Positions 34,024 to 41,717 of a DNA stretch of 64,000 nt are shown here, piece by piece. Numbering within the stretch: position 1 is the stretch's first letter; each line of letters opens with the position of its first letter. The stretch spans positions 448,001-512,000 of the forward strand of contig CBDCQT010000011.1 of assembly GCA_965220745.1 (NCBI GenBank), written 5' to 3'. This DNA comes from Alphaproteobacteria bacterium (lineage in GTDB: Bacteria > Pseudomonadota > Alphaproteobacteria > UBA828). The translations under genes were made by a program, and so were the position numbers. A model generated the notes under the pieces. It was not told the DNA's origin, ran no database searches, and saw only the letters and a list, made by a program, of their open reading frames with translations.

Positions 34024-36044
34024 CCCGCCTCCTTCGTCATGGAGAGGTGGCCGCCCTCGATCACCGTGGCGCTCCAGCCGGGCGGCACCAGCGTCGTCGC
34101 GGTCGATTCCTCGATGATCGCAGGGCCCGCCACGGCATCGCCGATTTCGAGCCCGTTGCGGTCGAGCACCGGCGTCTTCAGCGGCCGGCCGGCGAAGATG
34201 ACATCCCGCTCACGCGTGGGCCTTGCGGGCTCGCGCGCGGGCGGCGCGGAGTCCGGGCGCGCCAGCCGGCCGAGCGCGGCCAGGCGAATGTTCGCCATCT
34301 CGACACGGTTCTCCGGGCTGGAATGGCCGTACTGCCGGTCGTATGCCACATCGAAGCTCATGCGCACGGCATTCATGTCGATGGTCCCGCTCGGCACCGG
34401 GATGGTGAGGACATATTCCTGCCCGTAGTAGCGGAAGTCGATGGCGCGTTCGAAGGCGATGGCGTTCTCGGCGATACCCTCGTCCAGCAGGTGCTGGCGG
34501 CCGTTCTCCTCGAGCCCCGCGAACGCGGCTTCGAGGACCGATAGCTCCATGAGGTCCCAGAAGGAGTAGAGCGTCTCCTTGTAGTCGCGCCGCACGTCCG
34601 TTTGCAGCATGCCCCAAGCGGAAAACGCGCCGGGGTGCACCGGCACGATCACCTCGCGGATTTGCAACTCCTCGGCGAGCGCGCCCGCCTGCGCCGGCCC
34701 GGCGCCGCCGAAGGCCACGAGGGAGAAGTCCCGCGGATCGATGCCGCGCTGCACCGTAATGGTCCTGATCGCATCCGCCATCTTGGCGTTCACGACATCC
34801 ACGACGCCCTGCGCCATGGCCTCGGTCGTGAGCCCGAACGTCTCGCCGACCGTCGTGAGCGCCGCGCCCGCCGCGTCCCGGTCCAGCGCCATTGCACCGC
34901 CGGAGAAGTTGGCGCCGTCAAGCCGGCCGAGCACAAGGTTGGCGTCGGAGACCGTGGGCTCGGTCCCGCCCAACCCGTAGCAGGCAGGCCCCGGCATCGA
35001 GCCGGCGGATTGGGGGCCGACACGCATGGCGCCCGCCTCCTCCCACGCGATGGAGCCGCCGCCGGCGCCGATGACGTGGATATCCACCACCGACATCTGG
35101 ACCGGCAGCCCCTCCAGCTTGGCATGGTTGGAGCCGGACGGCAGCCCGTCGATGATCAGGCTGGCGTCGAAGGAGGTCCCGCCCATGTCGATGCAGATGA
35201 GGTTGGGCCGGCCGGTCGCGGCGGAGAGCGCCCTGCCGCCGATGGCGCCGCCGACCGGGCCGGAGAGCAGCGTCTGCAGCGGGGTCTCGCTTGCGGATTC
35301 CGCGGTCATCACGCCGCCGTTTGACTGCATGACGTGCAGGCCCCGGCCCTCGGGCAGGCGGTCGCCGAGGCCGCCGATCAGTGTCTCCAGGTATCCCCGC
35401 ACCACCGGCGCGAGGTAGCTGTCCATCACCGCGGTCGAGGTCCGCTCGAACTCCCGCCACTCGGGCGAGACCCGGTGCGAGAGCCCGATGGGAATGTCGG
35501 GCAGGCGGGCGCGCAAGTACTCGGCGGCCTCCAGCTCATGCGCGGGGTTCTTGAAGGAGAAGAGGAAGGCGATGGCGATCGCCTCGAAGCCCTCTTCCTT
35601 CACCGCGTCAACGAGGCAGTCGAGATCGCTCGTCTCCAGCGGTGTCACGGCCTCGCCGGTGGCCGCGGTCCGCTCCCGCGCCGTGAATGTGTGCTCCAGC
35701 GGCGTGAGCGGCTCGGGCTTGTTCCAGCGGATCGAGAAGATCTCGCCGCGGTCGTTGCCCTGGATCGTGTAGATGTCTCGAAAGTTCTCGGTGGTGAGCA
35801 GCGCCACCTTGGCGCCCCGCCGGGTGAGCAGCGCGTTCAGCCCCACCGTCGTGCCGTGGACGAAGAAGTCGATTGCGGCTTCGGTCGGGATCGCCGCCTC
35901 GATGCCCCGGAGCACCGCAAGCGCCGGGTCGTCCGGCGTCGAGAGAACCTTGGCAGCACCGCAGGCGCCGGTTGAACAGTCCTGATAGACGATATCCGTG
36001 AACGTGCCGCCGATATCGGCGGACACCCGATAGTGTCGGGTCAA
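34020..36044 (-). CDS. Hydantoinase A / oxoprolinase family ATP-binding subunit
   Basis: DIGGTFTD, HGTT, EWREFERTST, MQSNGG, SGPVGG, DMGGTS, GAGGGS, GP.SAG..PGPACY; TTG start with GGAGG RBS. Confidence 0.92.
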   Translation of the reverse strand: MTRHYRVSADIGGTFTDIVYQDCSTGACGAAKVLSTPDDPALAVLRGIEAAIPTEAAIDFFVHGTTVGLNALLTRRGAKVALLTTENFRDIYTIQGNDRGEIFSIRWNKPEPLTPLEHTFTARERTAATGEAVTPLETSDLDCLVDAVKEEGFEAIAIAFLFSFKNPAHELEAAEYLRARLPDIPIGLSHRVSPEWREFERTSTAVMDSYLAPVVRGYLETLIGGLGDRLPEGRGLHVMQSNGGVMTAESASETPLQTLLSGPVGGAIGGRALSAATGRPNLICIDMGGTSFDASLIIDGLPSGSNHAKLEGLPVQMSVVDIHVIGAGGGSIAWEEAGAMRVGPQSAGSMPGPACYGLGGTEPTVSDANLVLGRLDGANFSGGAMALDRDAAGAALTTVGETFGLTTEAMAQGVVDVVNAKMADAIRTITVQRGIDPRDFSLVAFGGAGPAQAGALAEELQIREVIVPVHPGAFSAWGMLQTDVRRDYKETLYSFWDLMELSVLEAAFAGLEENGRQHLLDEGIAENAIAFERAIDFRYYGQEYVLTIPVPSGTIDMNAVRMSFDVAYDRQYGHSSPENRVEMANIRLAALGRLARPDSAPPAREPARPTRERDVIFAGRPLKTPVLDRNGLEIGDAVAGPAIIEESTATTLVPPGWSATVIEGGHLSMTKEAG

Positions 36045-36069
36045 CTCACCACCTCCCGGCGCAAAGGCG

Positions 36070-36095
36070 CCGCCGGGGCCCGAAGGCCCCGGCGG
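36070..36095 (-). terminator. GC-rich stem-loop after the binding-protein gene (mRNA stabiliser or partial terminator)
   Basis: Perfect 11-bp stem CCGCCGGGGCC/GGCCCCGGCGG with a UUCG loop on the minus strand; only a weak U-tract. Confidence 0.65.
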
Positions 36096-36105
36096 GTAAC
36101 GTCGG

Positions 36106-37104
36106 TTACTGCTCCCACTCGCCCCTGAAGTCGGGGTTGGCGTCGAGAATGGCCTTGTCGATCATGGCCTGGAGCGGACCCGAGACATCCATGTTGATGG
36201 CGTTGTCCACCGGCTTGCCCTCGATGGCGTTGGCGATCTGCTCCATGGCGAGCGCGCCCATGGTCTTGGGGAAGTAAGCGAGGGTTGCATCCCAGCGCCC
36301 TTCGCGGATCGCCTCGATCGAGATCGCCGCAGCGCCGCCGCCGATGAGGTAGAGGTCGGCCACGTTGTAGCCCTCGGCTTCCAGCGCGATCTCCGCACCC
36401 ACCAGGTGCTGGTCGGCATTCGACAGCACCACGTGCACGTCCCGTGCCGCCTGCAGCATGTCCTGCATCGCCTTCAGCGAGGTATCCGGCGAGTACCAGC
36501 CCTCACCGACCCCCACCACCTTGATGTTGGGGTACTGGGCCAGAACCTTCTCGAAGGTCTCAAGCCGCAGATTGTCGAAAGGGAAGGTCTTGAAGCCGAT
36601 GATGATGATGACGTTGCAGGGGTCCTTGTCCGCGCAATACGCCGCGGCGGCCTCGGCCTGCCAGGTGGCGCCGTCGACGGGCGGCGATGCGACGGTCGAC
36701 GTGATGCCGGGCACCTGTGGCTGCAGGGTGGTGAGGTCCGGCCCGATCGGGAAGAGCACGGTCGCGATCGGCACACCGGCCTCGATCACTTGCTCGAACG
36801 CGCCGGAGATGCCGACGGGGTCGTTGGGCGCCACGATCATGCCCTCGAAGCGGCCGCTGGCGAGCACGTCCTCGATCTGGCTGTACTGGTGGATGGCGTC
36901 GAACTTGCCGTCGTAAATCTCGGCCTCGTAACCGAGCTTGATGGCCATTTCCTCGACACCTTCGTACGTGGCCTGGTTGAAGCCGTTCTGCGAAGAGGCG
37001 GCGAAGAAGGCGACCTTCTTCGATTGCGCCATTGCCGGCGTGGCCAGCGCAACGGCGAAGGCAAGGGCTACGGCCCCAAGCAGCAGCGTGATGGATCGCG
37101 TCAT
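36106..37104 (-). CDS. Periplasmic substrate-binding protein (RbsB-like, type 1 PBP)
   Basis: Signal peptide MTRSITLLLGAVALAFAVALATPAMA; RbsB-like pattern; GAAGGGAG upstream. Confidence 0.85.
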   Translation of the reverse strand: MTRSITLLLGAVALAFAVALATPAMAQSKKVAFFAASSQNGFNQATYEGVEEMAIKLGYEAEIYDGKFDAIHQYSQIEDVLASGRFEGMIVAPNDPVGISGAFEQVIEAGVPIATVLFPIGPDLTTLQPQVPGITSTVASPPVDGATWQAEAAAAYCADKDPCNVIIIIGFKTFPFDNLRLETFEKVLAQYPNIKVVGVGEGWYSPDTSLKAMQDMLQAARDVHVVLSNADQHLVGAEIALEAEGYNVADLYLIGGGAAAISIEAIREGRWDATLAYFPKTMGALAMEQIANAIEGKPVDNAINMDVSGPLQAMIDKAILDANPDFRGEWEQ

Positions 37105-37164
37105 GTCAATGTCTCCCTTCTGCGTCTTGACCCACACGTAGTTTATCACCTTGACTCACCCGTA

Positions 37165-37190
37165 GCATATTATTATGCAAACATAATGCA
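37165..37190. promoter_or_regulatory. AT-rich divergent promoter / candidate GntR operator
   Basis: Inverted repeat ATTATG-N4-CATAAT (37172-37187) between the divergent SBP and GntR genes. Confidence 0.45.
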
Positions 37191-37231
37191 ATCGTTCAAG
37201 GCGAGAATTTTGGCAGTCTGAGCCACGGCGC

Positions 37232-37963
37232 ATGGCAGCGGAGATCAAGGCACGCCCCCGAAAGCGCGGGCGCCGCGGCGCTCTGCAGGTATACGACGTG
37301 CTGCGCGAGGAGATCCTCTGGGTGCGGATCGCGCCGGGCTCCGCTCTGGACGAGACCGCCCTTGCCGCCCGCTTCGAGGTCTCGCGCACACCCATCCGGG
37401 AGGCCCTGCTCCTGCTCGCGGGCGAACGGCTGGTCCAGTTCCTGCCGAACCGGACCAGCATCGTGGCGCACTTCTCGCTCGATAACACCGGCGACTATCT
37501 GGATACCGCGCTAATCATCTCCCGGGCCATGGCACGGGCGGCGGCGCTCTCCGGCCGGGCCGAGGCGGCGCCGTTGAACGATCACGTGCACCGCTTCGTC
37601 CAGGCGGTGGAGGACGATGACTGGGAGGCGTCGCTCAAGAGCGAGTTGGCGGCGCTTCGACATCTGGCAGGGCTTTCCCGCAATATCTTCCTCATCAAGT
37701 TCTTCGATGAGGTGATCGATGCTGGCATGCGCATGCGGGTGCTCCACTACTACCCCAATGCGACCAGCGAGGAGCGCCGCGCCTCGGTCGGGCGCATGAA
37801 GGCGCTGGTCGATGCGGTACTCGCCGGCGACGCCGCCGCGGGCGACCGCGCGATCGAGCGCATGATTCTGGCGGACTTGGCGATCATCGTCCGCTCGCTT
37901 GAGCCCCGATTCGGCGGGGAGATGCGGCTGGAGCGCTTCGGCCAGGGGCTCAGTGCGCTATGA
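37232..37963 (+). CDS. GntR family (FCD) transcriptional regulator
   Basis: VYDVLREEIL...PG..LDE..LA.RFEVSRTPIREAL winged HTH. Confidence 0.9.
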   Translation: MAAEIKARPRKRGRRGALQVYDVLREEILWVRIAPGSALDETALAARFEVSRTPIREALLLLAGERLVQFLPNRTSIVAHFSLDNTGDYLDTALIISRAMARAAALSGRAEAAPLNDHVHRFVQAVEDDDWEASLKSELAALRHLAGLSRNIFLIKFFDEVIDAGMRMRVLHYYPNATSEERRASVGRMKALVDAVLAGDAAAGDRAIERMILADLAIIVRSLEPRFGGEMRLERFGQGLSAL

Positions 37964-39060
37964 CGGGCCATGACCTTCGCCGCGACCGCGCAGCCGCGCT
38001 GATCCGGGGTGCGGGCCTGGATGCTGCTGCTTTCGTGCCGGGGCCGAGCTTTCAATACCTCACTGGCCTCGACTTCCCGCTGATGGAGCGCCCGACGCTG
38101 CTCTTCGTTACCGGGAAGGCCCAGATGCTCGCCGTCATGCCCGAACTCGAGCGCCTCAAGTGGTCGACCACCTTCCCCGACGCCGAGACCTTCTACTGGC
38201 AGGACAGCGACGGCTTCGAGCACGCCTTCGAGGCCGCGCTGCGCGCGTTGGGGGCTGCGGCCCTCGGCGTCGAAGGCGGGCGGATGCGCATGTTTGAGTA
38301 CGATGCGCTGCGCCGCCACGTGGGCAACGGCGAGGTGCGGAATGCCGACGCGGCCCTGCAGCCGCTCCGCATCGCCAAGGACGAGGACGAGATCGCGAGC
38401 CTTTCCCGCGCCATCGAGATCAGCCAGCTCGCGCTGGGCGAAACCCTCGACGAGGTCCGGGCCGGCGATACCGAGCGGGCCATCGCGGCGCTGTTGAAGA
38501 CCCGGATGCTGGCCCATGGCTCCGACGGTTTCGGCTTCGAGCCCATCGTGCTCGCGGGCGCCAAGGCGGCGAACCCGCACGGCACGCCGGACGATGCGCT
38601 GCTCAGGCCCGGCGACGCGCTGCTGATCGATTTCGGCGCGAAGATCGACGGCTTCAGCGCCGACATCACGCGGACCTTCTTCTGCGAGCATGTGGACGAC
38701 CGCCATGCGGAGATCTACGAGACCGTGCGGGCGGCGAACGCGCTGGGGCGCCGCATGGCCGCACCCGGCGTCACGGCGCACGATCTGGATACCGCCGTGA
38801 CCGACGTGCTCCGCGCCTCGCCCTTCGCCGACATGATCGTGCACAAGACCGGCCACGGCCTCGGGCTCGACGTGCACGAGGCGCCGCAGGTCATGGTCGG
38901 CAATCGCCAGCGGCTGGAGCCCGGCTTCGTCATCACCATCGAGCCCGGCCTCTACGGCGCAGGCGATGTCGGCATCCGGATCGAGGACGACGTGACCATC
39001 ACCGAGGACGGCGCTCGCTCGCTCACGTCGTTCCCGCGCGAACTACGCCTGATCGGTTAG
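37960..39060 (+). CDS. Xaa-Pro peptidase (M24B, prolidase-like)
   Basis: Metal ligands intact: IDFG, ADITRT, HKTGHGLGLDVHE, TIEPGLY, IRIEDD; ATGA overlap with gntR. Confidence 0.9.
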   Translation: MTGHDLRRDRAAALIRGAGLDAAAFVPGPSFQYLTGLDFPLMERPTLLFVTGKAQMLAVMPELERLKWSTTFPDAETFYWQDSDGFEHAFEAALRALGAAALGVEGGRMRMFEYDALRRHVGNGEVRNADAALQPLRIAKDEDEIASLSRAIEISQLALGETLDEVRAGDTERAIAALLKTRMLAHGSDGFGFEPIVLAGAKAANPHGTPDDALLRPGDALLIDFGAKIDGFSADITRTFFCEHVDDRHAEIYETVRAANALGRRMAAPGVTAHDLDTAVTDVLRASPFADMIVHKTGHGLGLDVHEAPQVMVGNRQRLEPGFVITIEPGLYGAGDVGIRIEDDVTITEDGARSLTSFPRELRLIG

Positions 39061-39190
39061 CTCGGCTCGACTGCCAGGGCCGGAGCGTCCCCGCGATTCC
39101 CCGGACCATGGTGCGATGCAAGGCGGGCGGCGAGCGCGTCAGGATCGCGCCATGCCATGCGAGAGCACGCCGCCCCCAGTCACCGCCGTC

Positions 39191-39246
39191 ATCCCCGCCT
39201 GTCCCCGTGGCTTCCCACCCATCCCGCCTAATCCCGGCGTGTCCCG
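39191..39246. repeat. Array of TCCC (GGGA) motifs at about 10-bp periodicity
   Basis: TCCC at 39192, 39202, 39213, 39222, 39232 and 39242, plus a further pair at 39088 and 39098. Confidence 0.7.
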
Positions 39247-39313
39247 CATGAAAATTGTTTGTCGGACGTGGGACGCGGAGCCGGGTCGCGAACACGGTGA
39301 GAGATGCAGACGA

Positions 39314-40081
39314 TCAGTCTTCGCTCCGTCGGCGCTTGAGCCGCTCGGCGCCGGCGCGGAGACGGGCCTGAGCCTCGTCACCGCTCCAGATCTCCACCTG
39401 GCGGGCGATCCGGGTAGGCATCTGCTCCCTCAGGTCGGCGCAGAACTTGCCGAGCCTCATGCGCTTGGATTCCACGAAGGCCTCCGGCGCAAGGTCGCGC
39501 AGGAACAGCAGGCGATCCCACGCCATTCTCTCGATGTCTTCCTTGGGCCCGGTTTCGTGAACGAGGCCCAGCGCGCGGCCCTCCTCGGCGCGGACCAGCT
39601 TGCCGGTATAGATCAGATCGGAGGCAACGAAGTCTCCGGCGACGAAGCGCAGGAGCTGGTCGCCGTAGTAGGGGTTGGGCACGCCGAGCAGGATTTCGGG
39701 CTTGCCGATCAGCACGCGCCCGCTGGCGGCGTAGCGGTAGTCGCAGGCGAGGTAGATGGCCATGCCACCGCCGATGGCGTGGCCCTTGATGGCGCCGACG
39801 ATGGGCAGGGGCGATTCCAGCATGGCCAGGATGAGCCCCGCCAGCGCGTGAAACATCTCGCTGATCTCGGCGCGCGAGCACGCGAGCGCCCAGTCCAGGT
39901 CCAGGCCGTTGCAGAAGAATTTTTCGCCGCCGCAGAGCATGGCGCCGCGCGCATCGTGGTTGGCGTCTTCGACCGCCCGCGCGAGGTCCTGGATGACCGC
40001 CGTGGTCAGCGCGTTGGTGGTGCCGCTGCTAAGGCGGATGCGCAGGCAGTCGTCCGCGTGCTCGCGCAGGATGTTGGCCAC
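39314..40081 (-). CDS. Enoyl-CoA hydratase/isomerase family protein
   Basis: KFFCNGLDL, AIKGHAIGGG, ACDYR, PEILLG. Confidence 0.88.
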   Translation of the reverse strand: MANILREHADDCLRIRLSSGTTNALTTAVIQDLARAVEDANHDARGAMLCGGEKFFCNGLDLDWALACSRAEISEMFHALAGLILAMLESPLPIVGAIKGHAIGGGMAIYLACDYRYAASGRVLIGKPEILLGVPNPYYGDQLLRFVAGDFVASDLIYTGKLVRAEEGRALGLVHETGPKEDIERMAWDRLLFLRDLAPEAFVESKRMRLGKFCADLREQMPTRIARQVEIWSGDEAQARLRAGAERLKRRRSED

Positions 40082-40106
40082 GACCCTCTCCCTCGGTGTG
40101 TGTCGC

Positions 40107-40520
40107 TCAGCCCCGGCGCGGGCGGAAGCGCGGCAGCGTGAGCGTCTCCGTCACGCGGTCGAACACGACCTCGACCGGGAGTCCCACCCGCAGCGCATCC
40201 GCCGGGCATTCGACGATGCTCGCGGTCAGCCGCACGCCTTCCGCCAGCTCGATCTGCGCCACGGCGTAAGGGATATCGGCCCTGAACGCAGGAAACCAGT
40301 CCTGGTGAACCACGGTCCACGTGGAGACCGTGCCGTGACCCTGCACCTCCTCCCAGCCGATCCGCTCGGAGAAGCAGGCGGGGCAGACCGGGCCGGGCGG
40401 CCAGTGCCAGGCGGCGCAATCGCCGCACCGGGGTAGGCGGAGCGTGCCCTCGTGCGCGCTCTCCCAGAAGCGCGCGTTGTCCGGGTTGATGCGCGGCGTG
40501 GGTTTCTCGTAGGCGCTCAT
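40107..40520 (-). CDS. DUF35 Zn-ribbon/OB-fold protein
   Basis: FWE...G.L.LPRC.DC...WPP..VCP.C, G.G.V..WTVV, PY.VA.IEL.EG.R. Confidence 0.9.
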   Translation of the reverse strand: MSAYEKPTPRINPDNARFWESAHEGTLRLPRCGDCAAWHWPPGPVCPACFSERIGWEEVQGHGTVSTWTVVHQDWFPAFRADIPYAVAQIELAEGVRLTASIVECPADALRVGLPVEVVFDRVTETLTLPRFRPRRG

Positions 40521-40538
40521 CGGCCAGCCCCGGCCCCG

Positions 40539-41717
40539 TCAGTTCCGCAGGATCACGGAATCGCCCCAGGCCGTCACCCATTGCAGGGCACGGGCGCCTG
40601 CGATCTGGCGCGGCCCAGCGTCGCCCCGCAACTGGCGCACCATCTCGCAGAGCGAGTTCCAGCCGGCGACATGAGCCTCCGAGAGAAGACCACCGGAGGT
40701 GTTGACCGGCAACGCACCGCCGGGGCCGATGCGGCCCTCTTGCACGAAGGCCGCAGCCTCCCCCGGCGCGCAGAAGCCGAAGCGCTCCAGCACGAACAGC
40801 ACCAGCGGCGAAAATGCGTCGTAGGTGTAGAGGCCCTGAATCGCCTCGCGCGGGATGTCGGCCGAGTGGTAGACCGCGAGGTCGCGGGCGGCCGGGCTTG
40901 CCGGGCGGGCGCTGCTCTGCTGATTGATGCCGAGACCCGGCGGCGCGAAGATGAACTCGTTGCGGCCCGCCGCCATCCCCTGCATCCCGGCGATGAAGAC
41001 CGGGCGTTGCCTGAGGTCGCGGGCGCGTTCGGCCGAGGTCACCAGCACCACGGCCGCGCCGTCGCTCACGATGCAGCAATCGAAGAGCCGGAGCGGGTCC
41101 ACCACCATGCGCGAGGCCTGGTGGTCGGCGACGCTCATGGGCTTCTGCATCACCGCCAGCGGGTTAAGGCGCGCGTGGGCGCGGAGCGCCACCGGCACCG
41201 CCGCAAGCTCGGCGCTAGTCGTGCCGTAAAGTGCCATGTAGCGCTGCATGGCCAGCGCGGCGCCGCCCGCCGGCGCGGTGAGGCCGTAGTGCGGCGTCTC
41301 CGCATGGGTGCCGCCGGTCTCGCGGTAGCCCTCGAAGTCGTGCGGCCCGCCCAGGATGTCGCGCTCGCGGGTGAAGCTCAGCACGTTCACGCAGGCGACG
41401 ACATTCGCCATGCCGGTCGCGACGGCCATCGCTGCCGTCTGCAGGCTGCCGGTGACGAAGCGGCCGTGGGTCCATGCCTGGTTGACGAAGCCGATTTCGA
41501 GGCCGAAGGCCTGGGCGATCTGGTCGTAGTCGACGCCGAGCGGCCAGCCGATATGGATGGAGAGGCCGTCGATGTCGCTCCGCTCGAGGCCAGCGTCCGC
41601 GAGCGCCGCCTTGAACGCCTGGGCGGCGAGCGCGAGCTGGCTCTCGGCCAGGTGGCGGCCGAACCTGCTGGCGCCGATGCCGACGATCGCCGCCTTGTCG
41701 CGCAGCACCTCCGACAC
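40539..41717 (-). CDS. Thiolase-like (SCP2/Ltp2-type) protein
   Basis: AAIVGIG, DPLRLFDCC..SDGA, YDAFS, PVNTSGGLLSEAH; GTG 41717 overlaps the ligase stop. Confidence 0.88.
   Translation of the reverse strand: MSEVLRDKAAIVGIGASRFGRHLAESQLALAAQAFKAALADAGLERSDIDGLSIHIGWPLGVDYDQIAQAFGLEIGFVNQAWTHGRFVTGSLQTAAMAVATGMANVVACVNVLSFTRERDILGGPHDFEGYRETGGTHAETPHYGLTAPAGGAALAMQRYMALYGTTSAELAAVPVALRAHARLNPLAVMQKPMSVADHQASRMVVDPLRLFDCCIVSDGAAVVLVTSAERARDLRQRPVFIAGMQGMAAGRNEFIFAPPGLGINQQSSARPASPAARDLAVYHSADIPREAIQGLYTYDAFSPLVLFVLERFGFCAPGEAAAFVQEGRIGPGGALPVNTSGGLLSEAHVAGWNSLCEMVRQLRGDAGPRQIAGARALQWVTAWGDSVILRN

Noticed and set aside
37960-39060. M24 protein as creatinase or ectoine hydrolase (creatinine pathway with the hydantoinase)
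   Set aside because: All five prolidase-type metal ligand motifs are retained, and no carbamoylsarcosine amidase or sarcosine oxidase genes are nearby.
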